In this document: piece by piece, positions 52,512 to 62,540 of the stretch
How positions within the stretch are numbered: position 1 is the stretch's first letter
Layout: the number at the start of each line of letters is the position of its first letter
Virus record (IMG/VR): IMGVR_UViG_3300017971_000004
Location: 64,001-128,000 of that record
Direction: 5' to 3' (one strand)
Origin: a virus
Taxonomy: Duplodnaviria > Heunggongvirae > Uroviricota > Caudoviricetes
DNA: 64,000 nt
Position numbers and translations under genes: made by a program
The notes under the pieces: model-generated
What the model was told of the DNA's origin: nothing
Databases searched by the model: none
The model's input: only the letters and a program-made list of their open reading frames with translations

Positions 52512-54134
52512 CTACCAGGAACGCCGCCGACCCGGAGGATCCTCGCCACCCGGAGGTGTCCGCTCGGGAGGAGCGCCTTGCGGAGGAGCCGTGGTGGGCG
52601 GCGTTTGGGTCTGCGCCGGAGGAGCGCCGGGAGGGGCTCCAGGGGGCTGCTGAGCCGGAGGAAAACCCGGAGGAGCGGCAGCACCCGGTTGCGCCGGAGG
52701 AGCGCCGGGAGGGGCTCCAGGGGGCTGCTGAGCCGGAGGAGCGCCGGGGGGCTGAGAGAGATCGACCACGGGCACCGTCCCGCCAGGAGTCGACACCGGG
52801 ACCGGCTGGGCAGCCGGAGGCTGCGGCGGAATGGGAGCACCACTCTGCTGGGCCGGAGGAGCGCCCGGCGGGGCTCCAGGGGGCGGCTGCACCGCCGGAG
52901 GCTGACCTGCCGGAGGAGCACCGGGAGGCATCGTACCGGCGGGCACTGCGTAGCCGTCAGGAGAAACAGCCCCGGAAGAAGGCGGAGCGCCCGGAGGAGT
53001 GCCCGTCGACACCGGAGGCACATATCCTTGAGCGGGAGGAGCACCAGGCGGCACGTAACCCTGCGCGGGAGGAGCACCCATAGGCTGACCGGTAGGCTGC
53101 CCTGTCGGGTAGCCGGTTGGCTGGCCCGCTGCCGGAGCACCGGTTGCAGCAGCCTCCCCGTACTCGGTAGCGGATGTCTTCTCGCGCTCGGCGTAATAGA
53201 GGCCTTCCTCGTAAGTGATCATGTGAACAAAGTCCGAAGGATCGATCATCGCCCCTTGGTTCATGATGTACTGCACCCATTCGGGAGGATATGGATGGTA
53301 CCGGTTAACGAACATGATGTCGTACTTCGTATTCCGCAGATCTCCGGCCTTGCACTCGGTGGTGTTCTTCACGACGGAGAGGACCGGAAAACCCGCATCG
53401 GTCGGCTCGAAGAAGCGGAAACCGCCGGGCATCGCTTCATAGAGCGCTAAGAGCTTCTGGTAGATGCTCTTCGGCGAGAACCAGATCTGGTGCTCGACCG
53501 TCTCCTCACCCTCATCCTTGGGACGCGTGCCCACGAACTTGGCGTGATCGAAGACGCCAATCACGAAGCGCGTGTCCACCCCGAACTTGCGAGCCGCATC
53601 CCGTTCCGCCGACAGCACCGGATGGTTGTCAACGAACTTCCAGTAGCCGTCCTTGGAAAGCGAACGCTTATCGGTGCCGCAGGTGTCCCAGCACTTGTTG
53701 TACGCGTCCCAATGCCGCTGCTCCTCCTCACAGAAAGCGCAACGCGGCTGATCGAACAGCGGCCCGCGTCCGAGGCTCTCCACGAGGTACTTGTTCAGTG
53801 CAAGAGGACACAGGATCTGTCCGAACTTCATGGTCCCGTCCGGATGGTTGAAGTTCTGAACGTTGTGGACCGGCAGCCGGAAGTAGAAGGTAGAGATAGG
53901 AGCGCTCGGATTCATCGAGACGAGCCCGCTTCCCACCATTCCGTACTTGGCAGCCGTCTCCGGATCCGGGTTGAACATCTTCCAGTTGTGGGGAGAGAAA
54001 AGCGGAATGATGACGTCGTTGTTGACGACTTGCCCAGCCTTGTCGGGGAGCGGCCTGAAGAGCCGCTTGTCCCGAGAGGACCCCTTCTCGTCCCGCTCCT
54101 TCTCACGCTGATAGGGCATCGTGAATTCGCTCAT
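52512..54134 (-). CDS. zinc-binding protein with about 260-aa Pro/Ala/Gln/Gly-rich repetitive C-terminal tail; possible ssDNA-binding (gp32-like) protein
   Basis: N-domain CPLALNKY...CAFCEE...CWDTCG; tail of (GAPPAQ)-like repeats; start at MSEFTMPYQ. Confidence 0.35.
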   Translation of the reverse strand: MSEFTMPYQREKERDEKGSSRDKRLFRPLPDKAGQVVNNDVIIPLFSPHNWKMFNPDPETAAKYGMVGSGLVSMNPSAPISTFYFRLPVHNVQNFNHPDGTMKFGQILCPLALNKYLVESLGRGPLFDQPRCAFCEEEQRHWDAYNKCWDTCGTDKRSLSKDGYWKFVDNHPVLSAERDAARKFGVDTRFVIGVFDHAKFVGTRPKDEGEETVEHQIWFSPKSIYQKLLALYEAMPGGFRFFEPTDAGFPVLSVVKNTTECKAGDLRNTKYDIMFVNRYHPYPPEWVQYIMNQGAMIDPSDFVHMITYEEGLYYAEREKTSATEYGEAAATGAPAAGQPTGYPTGQPTGQPMGAPPAQGYVPPGAPPAQGYVPPVSTGTPPGAPPSSGAVSPDGYAVPAGTMPPGAPPAGQPPAVQPPPGAPPGAPPAQQSGAPIPPQPPAAQPVPVSTPGGTVPVVDLSQPPGAPPAQQPPGAPPGAPPAQPGAAAPPGFPPAQQPPGAPPGAPPAQTQTPPTTAPPQGAPPERTPPGGEDPPGRRRSW

Positions 54135-54787
54135 ACCTTTCCTCCTCGGATCTTCTCCATCACCCGGGCGTCGGGTACGGAGACGCCATCGATGTTGTAT
54201 CGCTTGGCCATCTGCATCTTGGCGTACAGATCCAGATGGAACGACTGCGAGTTGAGGCGTTCGGCCACCTTTTCCACGGTCTCGAATTCTTCCTGGAGAC
54301 GTTTCATCGTGGCTTCGACCGTCTCGAAGTACCACGGCGTCTCCACGTACAGGTACTTGTACATGGCAGCGCTGAACTCGACCTCGGTGCCGGCGAAGCC
54401 GCGCCGCTGATCGGCAGCGGAGAACGCGGCGGTCGCGTACTTCTGGCGCTCGTTATCCGTGGTCTCGTTGGAGTAGATCTGAATGACCATCTCCTTGACG
54501 GCGGTGTCGGTCGGCTTCGGCTCGCCGTAGGCGAAGACCACCAGCTTAGCGTAGGACTTGTTGTGCGCCCACCACTTCCGCTGCCACTCGTCCTTGAACC
54601 GTTCGTAGCGCATCTTCAGACGCACCGCCAAGGCCTCCCAGTATGATTGGTTCGCGGAGTGGGTCCGCAGCATGGTCTCGACATCGTTCTCGTCAAAACG
54701 CAGCAGCTCCAGGACGTCCGTCTCCGGAAGATGCTCGTCGAGGACGATCTGTACCTGTCCTCTGTTGATACCGATGCCGAACTTCAC
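54131..54787 (-). CDS. hypothetical protein in the replisome block
   Basis: 218 aa ORF. Confidence 0.5.
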   Translation of the reverse strand: MKFGIGINRGQVQIVLDEHLPETDVLELLRFDENDVETMLRTHSANQSYWEALAVRLKMRYERFKDEWQRKWWAHNKSYAKLVVFAYGEPKPTDTAVKEMVIQIYSNETTDNERQKYATAAFSAADQRRGFAGTEVEFSAAMYKYLYVETPWYFETVEATMKRLQEEFETVEKVAERLNSQSFHLDLYAKMQMAKRYNIDGVSVPDARVMEKIRGGKV

Positions 54788-55086
54788 TTCTTCTCCTCGC
54801 TCACGCGCCGTGCCGACCTGGCCTGTCCTTTCCTGCCATAGAGCTTCTTTCCCACGCTCTCCCGCTTCTTGGGCTCCTCGATTTCCTCCCGAACTAGCTC
54901 ACCCTCGGACCTGACGACGTACTGCTCGATGGGGATCTTGATCTCCTCGTGGATACCGCAGCGCCCGCAGACGACGTGAGCGTAATAGAACTCGGTCGTC
55001 AGCGCGCACCCCCGGTTCCGCATCCAGTTTCCGCACTTGGGGCATTTCAAGTCCGAGTGCCATGCGAGCTTTGTACCCTCCGCCAT
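54784..55086 (-). CDS. zinc-ribbon protein
   Basis: CPKCGN...CGRCG. Confidence 0.45.
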   Translation of the reverse strand: MAEGTKLAWHSDLKCPKCGNWMRNRGCALTTEFYYAHVVCGRCGIHEEIKIPIEQYVVRSEGELVREEIEEPKKRESVGKKLYGRKGQARSARRVSEEKK

Positions 55087-56157
55087 TCACCGGCATACCT
55101 TGACCGCGAACACGTCCCAGACGATCCGGGGGTACGAGGTATGCTGCATGAACTCCATCGTGATCTCCCACTCGCGGCTGAGCATCTTCAGATCCGCTAG
55201 TGACAAGGTTAAATTACAGGAAAGAGATTCGAGCGGAATCCCACTTTGAAGTTCGACCCCGGTGACACCGGCCAAGTACACCCCGAAGTCCCGAAGCAGG
55301 ATAGGGATGCCTTCCGAGAAGAGATACTGAAGATCGCGCCCTTCTCGATGCCAGCGACGGATCTCCTCCAGGAACAGCCGGAGGTTACGCTGGTCGAGAA
55401 CATCGGCCAAGTCTCCGTATTCCTGTCGAGAGATGACCCCGACCGAACCCTGGAGCACGTCGATATCGAGGTTCTCCCCTCCGGCGGCGATGATCATCGC
55501 GTCGAGGATCTGTTGAACATCCCGGAGCGAACCTCCGCCGTATCGTGCCAGAGCACGCAAGAAGCCCTCGGTATAGCCCAAGCCTTCTTGTTCCACGATG
55601 TACCGAAGGTTCGAGTAGATGTCGGCCTCGGAAAGAGGCTGGAGAGGCATTCTCAAGCAGCGGGACCTGATAGTATCTTCGAGCTTCTGAGGATCTGTCG
55701 TGACCAGGATGAAAATGGTGTTCTTCGGGGGCTCTTCGATGGTCTTGAGAAGCGCCGCCTGGGCAGACTTCGAGAGCATGTGGGCTTCGTCCAGGATGAC
55801 GACCCGGTAGTTGTGGATGATGACCTGAGACAGGATGGAATCCAGCTCGCGAACATCCTCGACGCGAGAGTTCGAGGCAGCGTCCAGTTCCAGAATCGAG
55901 AAATTGGCGACCATGTCCGCATCCCGACAGGAATCGCATTCACAACATGGCTCTTCGGCTGGAAGAAAGTTGGGACAGTTGAGAGCCTTGGCGTAAAGTC
56001 GAGCCAAGGTCGTCTTGCCGGTACCCCGGATGCCTGAGAACAACATCGCCTTGGGAACTCGCCCCATCTTGATGGAGTTCACCAGGATCCGCTTCGAGAC
56101 TTCCTGGCCGACGACCTCGGCGAATCGACGCGGACGGTACTTGATCGAGGACTGCAC
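55087..56157 (-). CDS. dnaX: clamp-loader ATPase (DnaX gamma/tau-like)
   Basis: KYRPRRFAEVVGQE, Walker A GIRGTGKTT, zinc module CPNF..CCECDSC, ILDEAHML, SRC sensor. Confidence 0.8.
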   Translation of the reverse strand: MQSSIKYRPRRFAEVVGQEVSKRILVNSIKMGRVPKAMLFSGIRGTGKTTLARLYAKALNCPNFLPAEEPCCECDSCRDADMVANFSILELDAASNSRVEDVRELDSILSQVIIHNYRVVILDEAHMLSKSAQAALLKTIEEPPKNTIFILVTTDPQKLEDTIRSRCLRMPLQPLSEADIYSNLRYIVEQEGLGYTEGFLRALARYGGGSLRDVQQILDAMIIAAGGENLDIDVLQGSVGVISRQEYGDLADVLDQRNLRLFLEEIRRWHREGRDLQYLFSEGIPILLRDFGVYLAGVTGVELQSGIPLESLSCNLTLSLADLKMLSREWEITMEFMQHTSYPRIVWDVFAVKVCR

Positions 56158-56163
56158 TGAACG

Positions 56164-57048
56164 CTACTTGTAGTACTTCAAGTCGATCCCGTAGAACTCC
56201 TTGATGGCCTGCTTGATCCGAACGACCCTGGGGCTCTTGTTCGCCGGCTTGGCCCACCCCCAGTTGCCGAACTTGGACCGATTGGCCAACTTCCAAGCTT
56301 CCTGGAAGTATGTTTCGGGATCGGCCCTCCGGGCATTCCGGAACAAGCGATAGGCCGCGCCAGGGTTGTTCTGCCAAAGGTTGAAGAAGAGGGCCGCAAG
56401 GGGCGTCTCCCAGGTCACCGGGTTCTCACCGTCCAACAGCCAGTTGATGCTTTTGCCGCCCAGCGGAGGACGATTGTAATCGAGCTGCTTCTTGAACTCC
56501 TGCTTGGCGAAGTGGGTCTGGGCCTCAGCCACCCCGAACTCGTTCCCCATCTCACCGAAGAATTCCGCCAGCCGGAGCGCGTGCTTCTTCTGATCCAAGA
56601 AAGTTCCGTATCTGAGACGGCCCATGCAAGCATCGACGATCTTCTTCCGCTCAGCCTTCTTGTTCGGATTGAGAGTGTGGACACCCGCCAACACGAACTT
56701 GCCGCCTCTGATGTTGAAGCCGAACTGCTGAAACGCGCCCCCCTCCGAGCCACACACCTCTTCGAAGAGGGTCGAGTCCCCGTCGCTCTCGAAGTCGTAG
56801 ACGTCGATGGACTTGAAGCTCTCCAGCAGCTTCTGGAGCCGACCGCTCTTGAAGGTCCACTGCATGAAGCCCCAAGTGACGCCGGTCTCGTCGTACATCA
56901 CCACGGTGTCGTGCGCGCCTTCGCAGCGGGCGACGACGCCCATGATCTTCGTCCACGGACCGAACGGCTGCGGAGGGCTGTAGAGATTGGTACCCTTGAC
57001 GCGAGGGCCACCGCCCTTCTTGTACTTGACCCACTTGGCTTGCATCAC
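56164..57048 (-). CDS. hypothetical protein
   Basis: 294 aa ORF. Confidence 0.5.
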   Translation of the reverse strand: MMQAKWVKYKKGGGPRVKGTNLYSPPQPFGPWTKIMGVVARCEGAHDTVVMYDETGVTWGFMQWTFKSGRLQKLLESFKSIDVYDFESDGDSTLFEEVCGSEGGAFQQFGFNIRGGKFVLAGVHTLNPNKKAERKKIVDACMGRLRYGTFLDQKKHALRLAEFFGEMGNEFGVAEAQTHFAKQEFKKQLDYNRPPLGGKSINWLLDGENPVTWETPLAALFFNLWQNNPGAAYRLFRNARRADPETYFQEAWKLANRSKFGNWGWAKPANKSPRVVRIKQAIKEFYGIDLKYYK

Positions 57049-57839
57049 TTCTTCCCCTTCTTCTTCGAAGCCCTTTTCCGAGGCTTCGACTTCCTGGGCT
57101 CACTGACAGGAACCCCGGCTTTCCTCATCGAATCCTGGTTCTTGCGCCTGATCTTGGCAGCCTTCTTGTAGTGCTGCGTCTCGGCCTCCTTGTGAGCCTT
57201 CCCACGCTTGTGGGCAGACAAGCCGCTGGGACTCTGCGCCTGATAATCGCAGACGGCGCAGTACGAGGCCTCGGCTTCGATCTTGGCGCGCTCTTCCTCG
57301 GCCCGCTTCCGGTAGAACGCCTCTTCGCCTTTGTACTTGCACTTCGACTTGGCATGCCGGTTGAGGTCATCGATGTCCCTGAAGCCGAGGTTGCACTCGG
57401 GGCACCAGAACGCGGGCTTCTGCTCCTCGACGCCGCAGAACTTGCCGGCTTCGCGAGGCTCGAAATTCTCACGCAGCGCGATGGTGCGCTTCTCGGCAGG
57501 CGTCAACGAAAGCAGGACTTCCAGACGGTCCATCAGCCCACGATACGAACGCATGTCCTGGTCGAGGACGCCACTCACCGCCTCCTTGAGAACGGAGGTA
57601 TCGAAGATGTTCTCTTCGAGCCAGTACAGTGTTCCCAGGATGACGAGCACATCCCGCTTCCTGGAGGTCGCGTCATCGAGCTGGCGACGCAGCTGCCTGG
57701 TAAGACGGTCGAGTTCGTCGTTTTCCTGGATCAAGGAATCCAGGACGACCTTGAACTTCTGATCGAGAACCCCACGGCGCAGGATATCATCCTCTCCGTA
57801 CTTCTCGATGAGTTGGTCTCGGGTATCCTCTGTCGGCAT
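57045..57839 (-). CDS. C2H2-type zinc-finger protein with Lys-rich tail
   Basis: CPECNLGFRDIDDLNRH and CAVCDYQAQSPSGLSAH. Confidence 0.5.
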   Translation of the reverse strand: MPTEDTRDQLIEKYGEDDILRRGVLDQKFKVVLDSLIQENDELDRLTRQLRRQLDDATSRKRDVLVILGTLYWLEENIFDTSVLKEAVSGVLDQDMRSYRGLMDRLEVLLSLTPAEKRTIALRENFEPREAGKFCGVEEQKPAFWCPECNLGFRDIDDLNRHAKSKCKYKGEEAFYRKRAEEERAKIEAEASYCAVCDYQAQSPSGLSAHKRGKAHKEAETQHYKKAAKIRRKNQDSMRKAGVPVSEPRKSKPRKRASKKKGKK

Positions 57840-57840
57840 C

Positions 57841-60153
57841 TTACTCCTCCTCTTTGTACTTGTCCGACCAGCGCTGCACGACTTCGGTATCGATCAAGAT
57901 CGGTATCGAGAAGTTGGTGCGCGCCTTCATCTTGGTGACCATGTTATCGTACATGATCTTCTTGACCTGCTCGACCGCGCTCTTATGGGAGTACACCACT
58001 AACTCGTCATGGATGTGAAGAATCGGGCACGCGGCAACCTCGTAGCGCCTGAAATCGTTGTAGATGCCAATCAGCGACAAGGACGTCATGTCGACGGCGG
58101 ATCCTTGAATCGGCTGGTTCACTCCCTGTCGAAGGGCGCGCCCCACTTTGCCGCTAATGTACTTGACTTCGCGATTAACGAAGCAAGAGTAGAGATGTTC
58201 GCAATCAGGACAGCTCGGACGGATATCAGAACTGCGTCGGGTCTGCACGAGATCCTTCAGATGGGACTCGCTCAGGCTGCAACGGGCAACTGCTCCGTAA
58301 GGTCCGTAGATTATCTCGAAAGCCTCCTCGAACGTGAGACCTACACTACTCGGATGAGGACCGTTCCGATAACAGACAGGACGGGAGTCCCGGCTGGGCC
58401 AAGTAGCGCTCTCCGGAATGACGAGCTGCGCGTCGGGAAGGTGACGCACACGCCCGAAGATGTTCCGTGAGACGCCGTACTCCCGGAGGTTCTGATGGGT
58501 GTCGTCGATCCACTGTTTGAGAACCGGAGCTGCCCCGAAGTAGTCCTCGTGGATCAACTTGTGCGCCTCCTCGATGGAGATGCCGAGACGCTCGGCCAGA
58601 GAGAACTCCGACTCGCCGTAAGCGATTCCGAAGTTGACGGCCTTGGCGTCGGAACGTTGCTTCGGATACTTCTTCTTGACCTCCCCGATCGGGCAATCGA
58701 GATTCCAGATACGGTGCGCCATCGCGGAGTGCATGTCGTGTCCCGCGAGGAAGCCCTCGATCCAGACAGGTTCCTGCGAGACGTGGGCGATGACGCGCAG
58801 CTCGATCTGGGAGAAGTCGGAGAAGACGAGGATATGGTCCTCGTCGGCGCACCACATCGACTTGACGATGATGCCACCGTTCTCGGGCCGAGGCAGCGTG
58901 GTCAGATTAGGCTCGGTGAGCTTCAACCTGCCAGTGACGCTATCCATCCAGTAGTGAGGATGAACCCAGCCGATGGTGCCACCGTTTGTACGCTCGACAA
59001 TCTTGTCCAGAGCGGCTTCGGCGTAGTGGCCGTGGATCTGCTCGGCACGACGATATTCGAGGATGTGGTCCTTGATCGGATGTTCGAGCGCTTTGATGGT
59101 GTCAGCATCGGTGACCCACTTGCCGTCCTTGCTCTTGCGGCCAGGAAGGCCGAGACCCCCCTCCGCCTTGGGGCGGAAGAGAGCCTCTCCAAGCTGATGC
59201 GGAGAACCGACGTTGATATTGCTTTTGGTCCTGGACGCCCCCATCGGTTGTTGATGCACAGCAGCAGGATCGTTTTTTTCAAGCATCTTGCGAATTTGAT
59301 CTTGTGCGCGCTTCATGATCGCCGCCTGCTCACGATGAACCTGCTGCGCTCGCTGAATGTCGAGCGGAACTCCGTGCAGCTCCATCACCGTCAAGACGTG
59401 CGAAAGAGGCATGATTAGTTCGCGGAAGAGCGGGAGCATACCTTCTTCTTCGACCTTTGGCTCGAACACGAACTTCAACGACAGCGTCAGGTCGGCGTCG
59501 GCGCACCCGTAAGGATACAACTTGTCGAGAGGCACCTTCGAGTATCGCTTCAGGTGCTGGTCGTAGAAAGCCAGGGCCTCCGTGAGATCGCTCTTGAACA
59601 GACTCGCCTCGGCGCGTAGGTAGGCATCCGCCATGCCCAGCTTCAGGATCTGACCCTTCAGCCCGAAGTCGGACTTGAGGGCATGAGAGCACACGACGCG
59701 ATCCTCATCGATGAGAGCGTGCGCCAGCATCGTGTCGAAGGCGAAGTTCTCGACGAAAATATCATTGAGCATCGCCAGCTGGAAGATGTCGAACTTGCCG
59801 TTCTGCGCAACCTTGGGAACCGGAGACTCCAGGACCTCTCTGAGCGCGTTCAAGACCGCCTCCTGGTGAGGCCAGTAAGGGCGATCATAGGCATCGGTGA
59901 GCGGTAGATAAGCCGCGATACCTGGAATCCAAGGCTCTGTGACCTGCGTGCGCCCCCACGCGAAGGAGATGCCGCAGATGCATTCCTCGAAGGCATCAGG
60001 CAGCTTCTTCTTACCCTTCCATGTCGGATGGTTGGTCTCGATGTCGAAGGAGAACTCCGGAGCTTTCAAAAGCTCGCCAAACAACCACGAGATCTTCTTC
60101 GGATTGTCGATGAGATGGTACGTCTTGGGGACCTGGGTTTCCGAAAAATACAT
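57841..60153 (-). CDS. polA: family A DNA polymerase (Pol I-like) with 3-5 exonuclease domain
   Basis: exo I FSFDIETN; motif B RRSDAKAVNFGIAYGES; motif C HDELVV. Confidence 0.85.
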   Translation of the reverse strand: MYFSETQVPKTYHLIDNPKKISWLFGELLKAPEFSFDIETNHPTWKGKKKLPDAFEECICGISFAWGRTQVTEPWIPGIAAYLPLTDAYDRPYWPHQEAVLNALREVLESPVPKVAQNGKFDIFQLAMLNDIFVENFAFDTMLAHALIDEDRVVCSHALKSDFGLKGQILKLGMADAYLRAEASLFKSDLTEALAFYDQHLKRYSKVPLDKLYPYGCADADLTLSLKFVFEPKVEEEGMLPLFRELIMPLSHVLTVMELHGVPLDIQRAQQVHREQAAIMKRAQDQIRKMLEKNDPAAVHQQPMGASRTKSNINVGSPHQLGEALFRPKAEGGLGLPGRKSKDGKWVTDADTIKALEHPIKDHILEYRRAEQIHGHYAEAALDKIVERTNGGTIGWVHPHYWMDSVTGRLKLTEPNLTTLPRPENGGIIVKSMWCADEDHILVFSDFSQIELRVIAHVSQEPVWIEGFLAGHDMHSAMAHRIWNLDCPIGEVKKKYPKQRSDAKAVNFGIAYGESEFSLAERLGISIEEAHKLIHEDYFGAAPVLKQWIDDTHQNLREYGVSRNIFGRVRHLPDAQLVIPESATWPSRDSRPVCYRNGPHPSSVGLTFEEAFEIIYGPYGAVARCSLSESHLKDLVQTRRSSDIRPSCPDCEHLYSCFVNREVKYISGKVGRALRQGVNQPIQGSAVDMTSLSLIGIYNDFRRYEVAACPILHIHDELVVYSHKSAVEQVKKIMYDNMVTKMKARTNFSIPILIDTEVVQRWSDKYKEEE

Positions 60154-60156
60154 CGG

Positions 60157-60750
60157 TCATTCCTTGCTGGCTACATTCCCATCGACTTCTTCTACCGGCT
60201 CTCCGTCAGGGTACTTTTCCAGGTACTTCCACATCTCGGTAGCGACAATTATCAGATCTCGCAGCTCTCGCTGCTGGAGGAACTCGCTGCGGTTCCACTG
60301 GCTGTCGCTGTGCCACTCATGCTGGAAACGAGCTAAGTAAGTTCCTCCTTCGTTAATATACAGTTCCGCCACGACCGACCCGCACTTGAACTCTCGAACA
60401 GGTCGGATGTAGGGGATCACACGTTCATCCTGCCGATCCTCGTGCTCGACGGGAGCCCATGTCGTGATGATATCGGTCGTGGCCACCGTTTTCGTGTTGC
60501 GCCCGAAACGTCGCATCTCTTTGTGGCAGACAGAAATGTACTCCATGGCCCGAGTAGCGGCGATCACCAAGCAAGGCACATCGACAACACGCAAAAAAGA
60601 AGAGAAGAATCGATCTTCCCCGATCTTCGTCTCCGTCTTGCAGATGACATCGAAGTAGACCCTTTCCTGGGTACCCCTCTTCCAGATTTCGAGCACAACA
60701 CTGTTGTTGACTGCTTCGGCGATTTTCACATCTTCGTAGGAGACGTCCAT
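60157..60750 (-). CDS. hypothetical protein
   Basis: 197 aa ORF. Confidence 0.5.
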   Translation of the reverse strand: MDVSYEDVKIAEAVNNSVVLEIWKRGTQERVYFDVICKTETKIGEDRFFSSFLRVVDVPCLVIAATRAMEYISVCHKEMRRFGRNTKTVATTDIITTWAPVEHEDRQDERVIPYIRPVREFKCGSVVAELYINEGGTYLARFQHEWHSDSQWNRSEFLQQRELRDLIIVATEMWKYLEKYPDGEPVEEVDGNVASKE

Positions 60751-60767
60751 CCGTAAACCTCGGTAGA

Positions 60768-61418
60768 TCAGCTCTTCTTGCGGTCGCGATACTCGATCAC
60801 GTCCTTCTCGCGCACGTAGGTCATACCGTCCACGACGACCTTCTCGACGTTCTTGCGCCGGACGTGACTGTACATGTTCACATAGGTGCAGCCGTACACT
60901 TTAGCGGCCTTCGCGATGGTGATGAGTTCATTTCCGTCTTCATCGAAAACCGGCCCCTTCTTCTTCTTGAGATGCTTCTTCGAATCGTCCTCCTCGATCC
61001 CAAGCCCCATCTGGGCTTCATCGGAAGGTTCGTCCTCCGGGTTCTCGGCTGCCAGGCGCTCCATCACAAGTTCGTAAAGCCGCTTGTAGGTCATCTTCTT
61101 GAGGTTGTGGGTAAGGGCCTTCTTGAGGGTCGGCTTCTTCTTGGCCTCCCCGATGCCGAGCCGGTACGCCAGAGCAGCCAAGCAGAAGTAATGGATATGG
61201 CAGGTGATCTTGCACTGTCGCCCTGGAACATTGTTGCAGTATTCGCACGGCTCCCCGTTCTCCAAAGGAGCTTGGATGTTGCAAACATGCGCCTTCAACT
61301 TGGGATCAGAGAAGCACTCCAGCCCAATGACCTCGTCACCAAGTCGCGAAGAGTAGAACTCGTTGATCTGCTTGAGCACCTCTGCGTCGAGGTGAACCTT
61401 CTGCTTTATCCGAGCCAC
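60768..61418 (-). CDS. DNA-binding protein (Cys cluster plus C-terminal HTH-like segment)
   Basis: CEYCNN...CKITCH; IAKAAKVYGCTYVNMYSHVRR. Confidence 0.45.
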   Translation of the reverse strand: MARIKQKVHLDAEVLKQINEFYSSRLGDEVIGLECFSDPKLKAHVCNIQAPLENGEPCEYCNNVPGRQCKITCHIHYFCLAALAYRLGIGEAKKKPTLKKALTHNLKKMTYKRLYELVMERLAAENPEDEPSDEAQMGLGIEEDDSKKHLKKKKGPVFDEDGNELITIAKAAKVYGCTYVNMYSHVRRKNVEKVVVDGMTYVREKDVIEYRDRKKS

Positions 61419-61427
61419 GGTGCCCTC

Positions 61428-62540
61428 CTAACCAGATGCCTTCGGAAACAGAGTCACGTCGTTGAAGCTCTCGTTGTCAGCGAGGATCAGTCGAGCCCCC
61501 GCATCGTACAAGTCAATGCGCTCCCCATAAGACTTGAGACCACTGAGCAGCTTGTTTTTATGAACACGAAACTTGATTTTTCGGTACGGTCCCGGCTCTA
61601 CGCACTGAATAGTTTCAGACGCCTCGCACTTAGAAAACGTGACCGCACTTACCTTCCATACCGTACAGTTCTGATTGCGGCCTATTTGCTCAAAGTGGAC
61701 CTGAGATTCGTCAGTTCCTACGACCGCCGAGATGAGGTCGAGAACGTCCGTGAGCTGCTTACGGTCAAAGGCATACCGGTCACCGGCCACCTCCACCTGC
61801 GGGAGACCGTCCACGAGCCCAAGTTGGCCCACGTACTCGCCTATCTCATCGGCCCAGAGCGGCATGTAGAAAAAGACGTCCTTGTCCAGCCGAAGCCCCA
61901 GATGGTTCTCTCCCACGAAGACACCGACCACATTATCCTTGAAGGAGTAGATCGCCCGGGACATCTCATCGGAGACCACAAAGCGCCGAGTAGCGCAGCT
62001 CAACGGAGTGCAGGCGATACTGCGCCACGCCGCGTGCGAGAACTTGAACACGCGTGCCACAGCTCCCGTGTTGTCCACCAGAACTCCCTGAAACCGCTTA
62101 GTCTTCCCAACGGACGAATAGGCAGCCGACACCGCGTTCATGAGCCACTTGGCTTCGTCACCCTGGAGCGTCTCGAACACCGGCATACGCATCGGTTGGT
62201 AGAACTCCAGCGTGGGGAACGTAACTGAGATGTTGTCCTCTTCGATTCGCAAGCTGTTCCCCACCGGAGTCAGCTTGATCCGACTGCCGGGATAAAGCTT
62301 CTTGAAGAGCGCGATGAACTTGGACGACTCGACACCCCCTTGAAAAGGAGTTCCTCCGGCTACCTCGATGTGGACCATGACGAAGGCCAGCTGGGACTGC
62401 GCGAACATCGAGAACACGCTCCCGTCGCAAGACAGGTAGATATAGGAGTTCTTCGAGTTGGTGCGCTCGATGGCCGTACAGAACTGGACGCCCAGTCCAT
62501 GATCGATGATGAAGCTGTCTCCTTCTGGTTGAATCAGCAT
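61428..62540 (-). CDS. hypothetical protein; size and position suggest a sliding-clamp (beta-clamp/gp45-like) subunit
   Basis: 370 aa, sits between polymerase and sigma/primase genes; no motif verified. Confidence 0.3.
   Translation of the reverse strand: MLIQPEGDSFIIDHGLGVQFCTAIERTNSKNSYIYLSCDGSVFSMFAQSQLAFVMVHIEVAGGTPFQGGVESSKFIALFKKLYPGSRIKLTPVGNSLRIEEDNISVTFPTLEFYQPMRMPVFETLQGDEAKWLMNAVSAAYSSVGKTKRFQGVLVDNTGAVARVFKFSHAAWRSIACTPLSCATRRFVVSDEMSRAIYSFKDNVVGVFVGENHLGLRLDKDVFFYMPLWADEIGEYVGQLGLVDGLPQVEVAGDRYAFDRKQLTDVLDLISAVVGTDESQVHFEQIGRNQNCTVWKVSAVTFSKCEASETIQCVEPGPYRKIKFRVHKNKLLSGLKSYGERIDLYDAGARLILADNESFNDVTLFPKASG

Noticed and set aside
61428-62540. Confident call of a beta sliding clamp
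   Set aside because: Only the size (370 aa) and genomic position support it; I could not match clamp motifs by eye. It is kept as low-confidence feature text only.
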